NCBI GenBank assembly: GCA_041652475.1
Contig: JBAZHG010000004.1
Location: 1-53,258 of the forward strand
Direction of reading: 5' to 3'
From: Bacilli bacterium
Lineage (GTDB): Bacteria; Bacillota_I; Bacilli_A; RFN20; CAG-826
DNA: 53,258 nt
Shown: piece by piece, positions 1 to 8,517 of the stretch
Position numbering within the stretch: position 1 is the first letter of the stretch
How the letters are laid out: the number at the start of each line of letters is the position of its first letter
The notes under the pieces: generated by a model
Told to the model about the DNA's origin: nothing
Databases searched by the model: none
What the model saw: the letters and a program-made list of their open reading frames with translations, nothing else
Position numbers and translations under genes: made by a program

Positions 1-918
1 GGTCCGAGAGCTGTTGATGGCGACGCCGAATTTGATGTCGAGGTTGGTCCCGGCGATCTCGATGATGCGGTCGACCGTTTCCTGGGCTTCGAACAAACTG
101 ACCTGCGGGCCGCAGGTGATGGCCACGATGGCCTTGCGGGCTCCGGCAAGACTCGATTCAAGCAAGGGGCAGCTGACGGCCGATTGGGCCGCGTTCAAGG
201 CCTTTTCGTCGCCTTGGCCCATGCCGAAACCGATTAGTGAGATGCCGCTTGATTTCAAAACGTTGCGCACGTCGGCAAAGTCGAGGTTGATGACGGCCGG
301 CATCAAAATGAGGTCGGTGACCGTCTTCACGCTTTGCGACAGGACGTTATCGGCTTGACGGAAGGCTTCGCCGATCGGCTGGCTGCCGGCGCTCATCAAA
401 AGTTTGTCGTTGCTGACGATGATCATCGAGTCGACGGCTTTTTTGAGTTCGGTCAATCCGGCCACGCTGTTGGCGATGCGCCGCTTGCCTTCGAAGGTAA
501 ACGGCCGGGTCACGATCCCGACGGTCAGGCAACCTTCTTCCTTGGCGATGCGGGCGATGACCGGGGAAGCCCCGGTGCCGGTGCCGCCGCCCATGCCGGC
601 CGCGATGAAGACCATGTTCGCCCCTTTGACGATGGCGCGGACGTCTTCGATGCTTTCTTCGGCCGCTTGGCGCCCCACTTCGGGGTTGCCGCCGGCGCCC
701 AGACCACTCGTAGTCTTGTTTCCAAGGATGAGCCGTCTCCGGGCCTTGCTGGTCGATAAGGCTTGTTTATCGGTGTTGGCCACCCAAAAATCGATCGAGT
801 TGATTTCGTCGTCGATCATGCGGTTGACGGCGTTGTTGCCGGCCCCGCCGACGCCGATGACGACGATGCGCGCCGCCGGTTCAAAGTTGTCGAGTTCGGT
901 AAATTTTTGTTCTTCCAT
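1..918 (-). CDS. ftsZ: Cell division GTPase FtsZ (C-terminal end cut by window edge)
   Basis: Absent from the ORF track because it runs off the window. Reverse translation from the ATG at 918 gives MEEQKFTELDNFEPAARIVVIGVGGAGNNAVNRMIDDE... and later the tubulin signature NMVFIAAGMGGGTGTGASPVIARIAK. It lies directly downstream of ftsA. Confidence 0.93.
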   Translation of the reverse strand, partial: MEEQKFTELDNFEPAARIVVIGVGGAGNNAVNRMIDDEINSIDFWVANTDKQALSTSKARRRLILGNKTTSGLGAGGNPEVGRQAAEESIEDVRAIVKGANMVFIAAGMGGGTGTGASPVIARIAKEEGCLTVGIVTRPFTFEGKRRIANSVAGLTELKKAVDSMIIVSNDKLLMSAGSQPIGEAFRQADNVLSQSVKTVTDLILMPAVINLDFADVRNVLKSSGISLIGFGMGQGDEKALNAAQSAVSCPLLESSLAGARKAIVAITCGPQVSLFEAQETVDRIIEIAGTNLDIKFGVAINSSRT

Positions 919-929
919 GGGAATACCTC

Positions 930-2171
930 TTATAATTCATCCTCGTACGCGCTGTACGAGGTTTTTCCTTTGGCTGATTTGACCCGTTCAAGTGAGGCGA
1001 CCGGGATCGGCGTTTCTTCATGCATGGCGGCGTATTTATGGGCGATGACGATCAATCCGAGCGCCGGGGCGTAAGCCGGGGAGCGCGCGCCGAGAATCGG
1101 AAGGCGCGGCCAGAGGCACGAAGGCAAGGGCCCTTGCGCCTGCAATAAGGGGAGGAATCCTTTCAGCTTGCGTCCGGCGCCCATGATCACCCACGGAATG
1201 TTCATTATGGCGATCGAGGGAGCCACTTCTTGTTTCAACAAATCAAGGTAACGCCAGGCTTCGGCGGACCAAGATTCGACGAAGGCGGCGATGACCCGAT
1301 TGAGGTCGCTTTGATGAATCAAGGCTTGCCCCTGGGGATCGTTGACCGATTGGTAAACGATGCCGTCGAAGAAATTCTCCCGGGCGTCATAGCCGAATTG
1401 CTCGTGGAGCCGGAGCGCTTCTTCGTAGGGGATGCCGAGTTCGGTTTCAATCTTTTCGGTCAGAGCCCGGGCCCCGAGGTCGAAATGGGTGGCCGCGAAG
1501 AGCCGCCTATTGGCCACGAACGAAAGGCTGGTATGGTTGGTCCCGACATCGACGATGACGTATTCGTTCGGGATGTCGTCCTGGGTCGTCAAGAGTTCGG
1601 CGATGGCATGGCTGTCGACGGCGAAATGGCGGACTTTCACCTCGGCGCGGCGGAGCGCTTCGAGGTAATCGGCGTGGACCGCCTTGTCGAGGAAATGGAT
1701 GTCGGCCGTCAAGGTGATGCTGTCGGACACTTCGTTTAGGGGCGGAGTGTCGAAGGAGCGGTCGCCTTCCAATTCAAAACTTTCCGGCACGAGCCCGATT
1801 TGGACGTGGGCTTCGTCAATTCCTTCCTTGCGGAAGAGGTTTTGGAGGTTTTTGAGGTCCATCGGGGCGATGAGACCTTGCTGCGAGATGATGTTCGTCG
1901 TCTTGGTGGCCGAATAGATTTGAAGGCCGTGGACCGGCAAAGAGGCGACCACCGAGGTGATTTTCTGATTGAGGTTCTTTTCCAGTTGGGCGATCAGCTT
2001 GCGGATGACCGAAGCCGTGTTGTCGATATCGGCCAGGCGTCCGTCAATCAGTTGAACCGGCACCGGGACGCTCAAGGCGTCGACGACGATCGGTTGCTGA
2101 TCCAAAAAATAGCCGGCCACCAATTTGGTGGCTCCCGACCCGATGTCCAAGGCGATCGTCAATTTTTCCAT
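930..2171 (-). CDS. ftsA: Cell division protein FtsA (actin-like ATPase)
   Basis: 413-aa ORF. The N-terminus IALDIGSGATKLVAGY is the actin/HSP70-fold phosphate-1 motif, and the gene sits immediately upstream of ftsZ. Confidence 0.88.
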   Translation of the reverse strand: MEKLTIALDIGSGATKLVAGYFLDQQPIVVDALSVPVPVQLIDGRLADIDNTASVIRKLIAQLEKNLNQKITSVVASLPVHGLQIYSATKTTNIISQQGLIAPMDLKNLQNLFRKEGIDEAHVQIGLVPESFELEGDRSFDTPPLNEVSDSITLTADIHFLDKAVHADYLEALRRAEVKVRHFAVDSHAIAELLTTQDDIPNEYVIVDVGTNHTSLSFVANRRLFAATHFDLGARALTEKIETELGIPYEEALRLHEQFGYDARENFFDGIVYQSVNDPQGQALIHQSDLNRVIAAFVESWSAEAWRYLDLLKQEVAPSIAIMNIPWVIMGAGRKLKGFLPLLQAQGPLPSCLWPRLPILGARSPAYAPALGLIVIAHKYAAMHEETPIPVASLERVKSAKGKTSYSAYEDEL

Positions 2172-2181
2172 AGGTTCCTCA

Positions 2182-2358
2182 TTATTGGCATAGCATGAAA
2201 CGGATTGGCGTTAATAAATATATTAGCAGAAGAGTGACTGATACGGCCATCATCAACCATTTAATCAAGACGAGGTTTTGGCGCTGCTTGCGGGCTTGCC
2301 CCAAGCGCGCGTCGAAAGTCAACAAGGGTGAATTATTGGTTTGATGCTGTATTTTCAC
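2182..2358 (-). CDS. Hypothetical 58-aa bitopic membrane protein (GTG start), below the ORF-track size cutoff
   Basis: Manual reverse translation gives VKIQHQTNNSPLLTFDARLGQARKQRQNLVLIKWLMMAVSVTLLLIYLLTPIRFMLCQ*. There is a basic N-terminus and one hydrophobic helix. A G-rich SD-like AAAGGGGGGA lies 7 nt upstream of the GTG. The ORF fills the gap between the FtsL-like ORF and ftsA. Confidence 0.4.
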   Translation of the reverse strand: MKIQHQTNNSPLLTFDARLGQARKQRQNLVLIKWLMMAVSVTLLLIYLLTPIRFMLCQ

Positions 2359-2381
2359 GCGTCATTCCCCCCTTTATAGCG

Positions 2382-2576
2382 TCACATCGTTTCCGATGAG
2401 GAGTCCATTTCCGAAGTTTGACTGGTCGAGGATTGTTGTTGCGCTTCGACCGACATCAAGGAGAGCGGCACGGCCACCGAGACCGTCATCAGCATGAAAG
2501 CCATGGCGAAGACGGCGACTTTCCGGGTACGGTAATAGTTGGCCTTGCGGTGGAATTTGACGAGTTTGTCTTTCAT
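2382..2576 (-). CDS. FtsL-like small bitopic membrane protein (64 aa)
   Basis: The inner ATG of the 134-aa track ORF gives MKDKLVKFHRKANYYRTRKVAVFAMAFMLMTVSVAVPLSLMSVEAQQQSSTSQTSEMDSSSETM. This is a basic N-terminus, one TM helix and a short Ser/Gln-rich tail. AGGAA lies upstream. The position immediately after rsmH is the usual ftsL slot, and the longer track ORF overlaps rsmH. Confidence 0.5.
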   Translation of the reverse strand: MKDKLVKFHRKANYYRTRKVAVFAMAFMLMTVSVAVPLSLMSVEAQQQSSTSQTSEMDSSSETM

Positions 2577-2586
2577 GGCGATTCCT

Positions 2587-3516
2587 CTACTTTCGTATGA
2601 TGATGCGGAGCTTGGCCCCGACGGCGCGATGATTGTCATTCGCTTCGGTTTCACCGGGGACGATCGGTTGCCGATTGTGGTATTCGTAGGCCAACTCCGG
2701 GGTCTTGACCATGGCGGCGAGGCCGTGGCGGGTCCCTTCGCTGACGCACAAGGACTTGAAGTAGTTCTTGACGAGCCGGTCCTCACCCGAATGGAAGGTG
2801 ATGACGGCCAGGCGCCCGCGCGGCTTCAGCAGGGCGACGGCTTCTTTCAGCGCCGTTTCGAGGTTTTCGATTTCGTTATTGACGGCGATGCGCAAGGCTT
2901 GGAAAGCCTGTTTGGCCGGGTGGCCCTTTTTCGAGAGTTCTTTCTGGGGTTTGACCCGTTTGATCAAGGCGACGAGGTCGCCGGTGGTCAACAGTGGTTT
3001 CGTTCCCCGGTCTTTGACGATGGCTTTGGCGATTTGATAGGCTTGGGGTTCGTCGGCGTAATCGCGGAAAATCCGCGTCAGTTCGCCAACATCACGCGTG
3101 GCCACCAGTTGGGCCGCCGTCAAGGTTTGGCGCCGATCCATGCGCATGTCGAGGGGCGCGTCTTCGCGGTAGGAGAAACCCCGGTCGGGATCGTCGAACT
3201 GCGGGGAGGAGACGCCGAGATCCATCAAGATGCCGTCGACGCGGTCGACGCCATGTTCGGCCAAGGCCAGCCTCACTTGCGTGAAATTGGCGTGGATCAA
3301 GGTCAGTTGCTGAGGATGGGATGCGACGAGGGCTTGCCCGGCTTCGATCGCTTGGATGTCGCGGTCGATGGCATAGACCCGCCCGGTCGTCAAGCGGTCG
3401 AGGATTGCTTTGGTATGGCCGCCGCGGCCGAAGGTCATGTCGACGTAGATGCCGTCCGGCTTCACGTCGAGGCCGGCCACCGCTTCTTGGAGAAGGACCG
3501 GGGTGTGGTCGCCCAT
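2587..3516 (-). CDS. rsmH: 16S rRNA (cytosine1402-N4)-methyltransferase RsmH/MraW
   Basis: HTPVLLQEAVAGLDVKPDGIYVDMTFGRGGH is the hallmark RsmH N-terminus. The start is trimmed to MGDHTPV (ATG at 3516), which overlaps the mraZ stop as TAATG. Confidence 0.92.
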   Translation of the reverse strand: MGDHTPVLLQEAVAGLDVKPDGIYVDMTFGRGGHTKAILDRLTTGRVYAIDRDIQAIEAGQALVASHPQQLTLIHANFTQVRLALAEHGVDRVDGILMDLGVSSPQFDDPDRGFSYREDAPLDMRMDRRQTLTAAQLVATRDVGELTRIFRDYADEPQAYQIAKAIVKDRGTKPLLTTGDLVALIKRVKPQKELSKKGHPAKQAFQALRIAVNNEIENLETALKEAVALLKPRGRLAVITFHSGEDRLVKNYFKSLCVSEGTRHGLAAMVKTPELAYEYHNRQPIVPGETEANDNHRAVGAKLRIIIRK

Positions 3517-3941
3517 TACGATCCCTTGAGGGTTTCGGCCGTGGCCTCGTAAGAAGCGTCGGCTTCGGCCTGGTAAGCTCTCCAAGCTTCTTCCGACCAC
3601 ACTTCGATGTGATCTTTGACACCGATTAGGCGTACGGCGCCGTCGAGGCGATATTCTTTGGCGGTCGCCGCCGGTATTTGGATGCGCCCATGGTCGTCGA
3701 TCGTCAATTCGAAGGTCGAAGCCAAGGTGATCCGCATGTAATCGCGGGCCGCTTTTTGGGTGAAGTTCAATTTTTCAAGGTCGGCCTGCAAAGCTTCAAA
3801 GGCCGATGAGGGATACAAAGACAGGCATTTTTCGTAACCGCGCATCGCAAATAAGGCGTCGTTGACGGCGAGACGGAACCGCGCCGGGATGACGAGACGG
3901 CCTTTATTGTCGATTGAGTAGACGTAGTTCCCGAAAAACAT
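3516..3941 (-). CDS. mraZ: Transcriptional regulator MraZ
   Basis: 141 aa. MFFGNYVYSIDNKGRLVIPARFR and a second DDHGRIQIPA repeat give the two SpoVT-AbrB/MraZ DXXXR-type repeats. It is the first gene of the dcw cluster. Confidence 0.92.
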   Translation of the reverse strand: MFFGNYVYSIDNKGRLVIPARFRLAVNDALFAMRGYEKCLSLYPSSAFEALQADLEKLNFTQKAARDYMRITLASTFELTIDDHGRIQIPAATAKEYRLDGAVRLIGVKDHIEVWSEEAWRAYQAEADASYEATAETLKGS

Positions 3942-3998
3942 TTCCCACTTTCTCCCACTTTATGACTTAATTCTATCGAGGCCGTTTGATTTTGTAAA
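3942..3998 (-). promoter_or_regulatory. mraZ promoter (-35 TTTACA, 17-nt spacer, -10 TAGAAT) followed by phased MraZ-box-like direct repeats
   Basis: Read on the minus strand: TTTACA(3998-3993)-17 nt-TAGAAT(3975-3970)-TAAGTCATAAAGTGGGAGAAAGTGGGAAATG. The 8-mer AAGTGGGA is repeated exactly at 10-bp phase (3943-3950 and 3953-3960 on plus), with a third degenerate AAGTCATA repeat. Confidence 0.55.
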
Positions 3999-4023
3999 GC
4001 GTTAGTTCCTACTTTTATAAATA

Positions 4024-4063
4024 ATTAAAAAGCGCTTCCCCGGCGAGGGCCGGACGAAGCGCT
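4024..4063 (-). terminator. Intrinsic terminator downstream of pheT
   Basis: On the minus strand, AGCGCTTCgtccggccctcgccgggGAAGCGCT (8-bp outer stem with an inner CCGGC/GCCGG stem) is followed by TTTTTAATT. Confidence 0.6.
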
Positions 4064-4092
4064 GGTTTCCGGATGGTGAATCCAGTGAAGGG

Positions 4093-6489
4093 CTAGACTC
4101 GGAAAGTCAGGTTGAAAGCCGTCGCCAAAGCGACTTTGACCCGTTCGATCACCTGGGCGCATTCGGTCTCGGTCAGGGTCTTCTTCTCATCGTTGATCAC
4201 GATCGAAAGGGCGAGCGACTTTTTGCCTTCGGGGACATGCTCGCCAGTGTAGACATCAAAGATGAACACGTCGCGGATCAAGTCCTTTTGAGTTTTCCTG
4301 ATGACTTTCAAAATAGCTTGGGCTTCGACGCTTTGGTCGATGACGAAAGCCAGGTCGCGGGTGACGGCCGGATATTTTGATAGCGGGCTCATCTTGGTGG
4401 CCGAGACCCGAAGGTTCAAGACATAACCAAGATCGATTTCCAGCATGACGACCGGGGCTTTCTTGAAGTCGAATCGGCTATAGGCTTCTGGTGACAATGT
4501 GGCGATGACGCCGACCTTTTGATTGTCAATCAGGATGCTGGCGCTTTGCCCCGGATGCAGTTCGGCGCTATTATCGGCCAATCGTTCGTAGCGATAACGT
4601 CCGGCGTCGATGCCGAAGGTGGTCATCACGGCTTCAAACAGGCCCTTGGCGTCATAGAAATCGTATGGCTTGGTCGCCAGTTGGCCCCGAAGCGATTTTT
4701 CTCCGACCAAGACGAGGCCTAAGTGCGTGGCGAGGGTTTTTCTCGTTTCGATGCCACTGATTTCGAAAATGGCCAAGTTCTTGGTTTGGCGGGCGACGTT
4801 GTAGTTGGCCGCCTCCAGCAGCGAATGGGTGAGGCCGCCGCGCACGTATTCGTGCTCGTCGGTCATCGGGTTGCTGACTTGGAAAAGCTCATCGTGGTTT
4901 AGAAGTCGGAACTTGTCTATTTCCGATTGATGAAGCAAGGTGTAGGTCAACACTTCATGGAGACCGCGATTCAAAAGCAGCTGCCGCAGCCGTTCGACCT
5001 TGGCTTGCGAGGCGGTCAACCCCGTATGCAAGGCCGTCAAAGACGGCAGTTTCACTTCGATGTGCTCGAATCCGCGAATCCGGATCACTTCTTCGGTCAA
5101 GTCGGCGACCCCATCGATGTCAATCCGATGGGCCGGGACGATGGCGATCGGTTCCGGTTCGTCGATGATTTGGATTCCAATCCGATTCAGCGTGGCGCTG
5201 ATTTCCGCCGGTGTGAACTTGGTCCCTAAGCGGCGGTTAATGGTTTCATGAGCAAAGGGAATCCGTTTCAAACGGTGATCGACCAGATCGTGGGCGACCG
5301 TTTTCGAAAAGGATCGGTAACCGAGCACTTCGCCGATCAGGCTGATGGTCAAATCCAGCACGTCCTCGGCTTGATGGGGATTGATTCCCTTGATGAAGCG
5401 CTGGCTTGATTCCGACGGCAGGTTGAGCCGGATCGAAGTCTGGCGCACGGTCGGGCCGTAAAAATTCGCCGCTTCGACGGCGATGTTCTTGGTGGTTTCC
5501 TTCACTCCGGTCAGGGAGCTGCCCATGACGCCGGCCAAACAGGCGATGGTGGTTCCCGAGACGATTGAGAGGTCGCCGGGTTGCACCTCATAAGTCTTTT
5601 CGTCAAGGGCCAAGAACGGAGACTTCAGATCTTCGACGATGGTCAACCGGGGTTCTGGCAAGGCATCCAAATCGTAAAAATGAAGCGGTTGTCCGGTCAA
5701 GAGCATGACGTAATTCGAAATGTCGACGAGGGGACTGATCGGGCGCATGCCCAAGGCCAAAAGGGCTCGGGAAATATATTCCGGAGTGGAACCTTTTCCG
5801 ATTCCTTCGACGGTTCTGATCGAGAATTGCGGGCATTTTGCCGTTTTGACATTGACTTCAAAGGCCGGGGCATGCCCCTTTTTTTCAAGGGGGCGATGCC
5901 ATGGCTTCAACGGCCGTTCAAACAAGATCGAAAGTTCCCGGGCTACGTTGTAGACCGCCAAGGCGTCGGGCCGGTTGGCCAATACTTTGATCGTCAAAAT
6001 GACGTCGTCGAGTCCTAATAGGCTCAAAACGTCCTCGCGTCCGATTTCGGTTCCATGCGGCAGGACTTCGATTCCGTCGATCGATGCTTGCGAGAGCCGT
6101 TTCGGATCGACGCCGAGTTCGAGCAAAGAACAGATCATGCCGTGGCTTTCATGGCCGCGGATGGTTGATTTTCCGATGCGGACTTCGGCGAGTTCAGCCC
6201 CAGGCCGGGCCACGATCACCGTTTGCCCCGTTTTGACGTTAGGAGCCCCGCAGACGATCGGGACGATGCCGTATTTGACGCCAAGGTCGACTTGGCAGAC
6301 CGTTAAATGGTCGCTATTTTCCATCAAGCGGGCATCTTTGACGTAACCGGTGACAAGATGCGTGCCCACGGCTAAGGTCTCGACCGTTTCGACCTCCAAG
6401 CCGGCGTTCGTCAATTTGTCGGCGATGACGGAGGGTTCGATGCCGGACAAGTCGATGTATTGTTTAACCCAATTGAGTGATATTTTCAT
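4093..6489 (-). CDS. pheT: Phenylalanine--tRNA ligase beta subunit
   Basis: 798 aa, starting MKISLNWVKQYIDL. It has the tRNA-binding OB domain (CQVDLG...IVCGAPNV) and the B3/4 and B5 regions typical of PheT, and lies downstream of pheS. Confidence 0.95.
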   Translation of the reverse strand: MKISLNWVKQYIDLSGIEPSVIADKLTNAGLEVETVETLAVGTHLVTGYVKDARLMENSDHLTVCQVDLGVKYGIVPIVCGAPNVKTGQTVIVARPGAELAEVRIGKSTIRGHESHGMICSLLELGVDPKRLSQASIDGIEVLPHGTEIGREDVLSLLGLDDVILTIKVLANRPDALAVYNVARELSILFERPLKPWHRPLEKKGHAPAFEVNVKTAKCPQFSIRTVEGIGKGSTPEYISRALLALGMRPISPLVDISNYVMLLTGQPLHFYDLDALPEPRLTIVEDLKSPFLALDEKTYEVQPGDLSIVSGTTIACLAGVMGSSLTGVKETTKNIAVEAANFYGPTVRQTSIRLNLPSESSQRFIKGINPHQAEDVLDLTISLIGEVLGYRSFSKTVAHDLVDHRLKRIPFAHETINRRLGTKFTPAEISATLNRIGIQIIDEPEPIAIVPAHRIDIDGVADLTEEVIRIRGFEHIEVKLPSLTALHTGLTASQAKVERLRQLLLNRGLHEVLTYTLLHQSEIDKFRLLNHDELFQVSNPMTDEHEYVRGGLTHSLLEAANYNVARQTKNLAIFEISGIETRKTLATHLGLVLVGEKSLRGQLATKPYDFYDAKGLFEAVMTTFGIDAGRYRYERLADNSAELHPGQSASILIDNQKVGVIATLSPEAYSRFDFKKAPVVMLEIDLGYVLNLRVSATKMSPLSKYPAVTRDLAFVIDQSVEAQAILKVIRKTQKDLIRDVFIFDVYTGEHVPEGKKSLALSIVINDEKKTLTETECAQVIERVKVALATAFNLTFRV

Positions 6490-6494
6490 ATTGG

Positions 6495-7526
6495 CTATCC
6501 TTTCACGAATTGCTTGATGAAGCGGATATCGTTTTGGTAGATGCGCCGGATGTCGTCGATCCCATAGCGAAGCATGGCCACGCGCTCGATGCCAACCCCA
6601 AAGGCGAATCCCGACCAGACCGCGGGGTCATACCCCGACATCTTTAAGACGTTGGGGTGAACCATCCCGGCTCCGAGTATTTCAATCCAACCGGTCCCCT
6701 TGCACATGGAACAGCCCTTGCCGCCGCATTCGCTGCAGCTGACGTCGACTTCGACGCTTGGTTCCGTGAATGGGAAATAACTGGACCGGAAGCGAATTTC
6801 GCGCTTGGGTCCAAACAACTTCTTGATGAATTTATCCAACGTGGCTTGCAGATGGCCGAGATTGATGTCCTTGTCGACCAACAAACCTTCGATTTGGGCG
6901 AATTGGTGGGAATGGGTGGCATCGTCGTCGTCCCGGCGATAAACTTTGCCGGGGCAGATCATGCGGATTGGGTGCCCGGAGGACTGTTCCATCGTGCGGG
7001 CCTGGACTGGGGAAGTATGGGTTCTTAAGAGCCGGACCGGATCGATGTAGAACGTGTCCTGCATGTCGCGGGCCGGGTGGTCCTTAGGGATGTTCATCAA
7101 TTCGAAATTGTAATGGTCGCTTTCGACCTCGGGTCCTTCGACTACTTGGTAGCCAAGGGCGATCAAAATCGAAATGATGTCGTCTTTGACGATGTAAAAC
7201 GGATTGCGAACGCCGGGTTCTTCCGAGGAGCCCGGCAAGGTGATGTCGATTTTCTCGGCTTCGTAACGGATCCGGAGAGCCTCTTTTTCAAGGGCAACCC
7301 GCTTGGTTTCGAGCCACGCTTCGATTTGGGTCCGGGCCTGGTTGATCAATTGGCCGTAGGCGGCTTTGAGCTCGGCCGGGACGTCGCGCATCTGGGCGAA
7401 AAGGCCCATCAATTCCGATTTTTTGGACAGGTAACGGTTGCGCGACTCCTGAAGGTGCGCTTCCGTGGCGATCGCGGCGACCGCGCTTTGGGCTTCGGCC
7501 AGGATCCGATTGATGATTGTTTCCAT
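6495..7526 (-). CDS. pheS: Phenylalanine--tRNA ligase alpha subunit
   Basis: 343 aa. Class II aaRS motifs are present (HPARDMQDTFY, ...RTHTSPVQ..., FGVGIERVAMLRYGIDDIR). Confidence 0.95.
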   Translation of the reverse strand: METIINRILAEAQSAVAAIATEAHLQESRNRYLSKKSELMGLFAQMRDVPAELKAAYGQLINQARTQIEAWLETKRVALEKEALRIRYEAEKIDITLPGSSEEPGVRNPFYIVKDDIISILIALGYQVVEGPEVESDHYNFELMNIPKDHPARDMQDTFYIDPVRLLRTHTSPVQARTMEQSSGHPIRMICPGKVYRRDDDDATHSHQFAQIEGLLVDKDINLGHLQATLDKFIKKLFGPKREIRFRSSYFPFTEPSVEVDVSCSECGGKGCSMCKGTGWIEILGAGMVHPNVLKMSGYDPAVWSGFAFGVGIERVAMLRYGIDDIRRIYQNDIRFIKQFVKG

Positions 7527-7529
7527 GAG

Positions 7530-7760
7530 ATACCCCCTAAAAAATAAAAAAAGTCATTCCTAAGGAACGACGTCGCGCCGTGGTGCCATCCTATTTCGTA
7601 AAAAGGTTTTACGCACTAAGGTATTAACGCTACCAACGGGACTTCGTCCATACTCGGAGGTGAATTCGCCCGGGCGCCTTGCGAGTGGTTCCACTGGTCA
7701 CTCTTCCCTATCAATTAACCGCTGGGCTACTACGGCTCGTCAACGTATATGGCTATTATA
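7530..7760 (-). promoter_or_regulatory. T-box leader (Phe specifier UUC) with extended -10 promoter and terminator/antiterminator
   Basis: On the minus strand: TGATATAAT (-10 at 7760-7755); specifier loop ...GCGAAUUCACC... (UUC at 7664-7662 followed by a purine); conserved T-box AATAGGATGGCACCACGG (7595-7578); terminator GTCGTTCCttaGGAATGAC (7571-7553) plus TTTTTTTATTTTTT. Confidence 0.85.
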
Positions 7761-7779
7761 TCAAATCAAGATGAATAAA

Positions 7780-8517
7780 TCAGCGGTATTTCATATCGTA
7801 AAAGACGATTGCGGCCGCCATGGCCACGTTCAAGGATTCGATGTGGGCCATCGGGATGATGATCTTATGGTCCAAGCGGGCGACCAGTTCCGGGCGGAGC
7901 CCATGTCCTTCGGACCCGAAGAACATCACGCATTGATCGGGATAGCGGAAGTCCTTTAAAGGAACCGCCGTTTCGTCAAGCACGGTCCCGACGAAGCGGT
8001 AACCGCGGGTTTTCAATTCATGGAGATCTTCTTCGTTACCCTGGCGTGTCGCCACGCTGAAGAGGGCCCCTTGGCTCGCGGCGACCGTCTTTTGGTTGTA
8101 GCGTGAGGCGCATTCTTTCCCGAGCATCACTAAATCGATGCCGAAGGCGGCCGCTGAGCGAAGGATGGTCCCGAGATTGCCGGGGTCGTTGACCCCGTCG
8201 AGATAGGCGATGCATTTTCCCGATAGCGGGGCTTCATTCATCTGGCGGCACACGGCGAGAACATCCTGGGGGCTGACTTGCCCGCTCAGCTTCTGGATGA
8301 TGTGGTCGGGAACGATGATTTGGTCAATCTTGTCTTTTACGCCTTCAAGCGGTTTCGACGCGATGATCGTTTCGACATGATCGAATTGAAGCGCCATGGA
8401 AACGAGATGGTAACCGTACACCAAAAAGCTCGTTTCGCTGTCGGGCCCTTTGCCCGATTTCAGGGCATGGAGCCGCTTGATGAGGGGATTGGTGGCGCTC
8501 GTAATCGTTTTTATCAT
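7780..8517 (-). CDS. TrmH/SpoU-family RNA 2'-O-methyltransferase (YsgA-like)
   Basis: 245 aa. SpoU motifs are present: DGVNDPGNLGTILRSAAAFG, VMFFGSEGHGL, IPMAHIESLNVAMAAAIVFY. The position upstream of pheS matches B. subtilis ysgA, from memory. Confidence 0.8.
   Translation of the reverse strand: MIKTITSATNPLIKRLHALKSGKGPDSETSFLVYGYHLVSMALQFDHVETIIASKPLEGVKDKIDQIIVPDHIIQKLSGQVSPQDVLAVCRQMNEAPLSGKCIAYLDGVNDPGNLGTILRSAAAFGIDLVMLGKECASRYNQKTVAASQGALFSVATRQGNEEDLHELKTRGYRFVGTVLDETAVPLKDFRYPDQCVMFFGSEGHGLRPELVARLDHKIIIPMAHIESLNVAMAAAIVFYDMKYR

Noticed and set aside
2539-3552. 337-aa plus-strand ORF mirroring rsmH, and the Arg/Pro-rich 176-aa ORF at 3092-3622
   Set aside because: They are the exact mirror, or an alternative frame, of the well-supported rsmH gene. 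Arg/Pro/Gly-rich nonsense composition points to frame artefacts.
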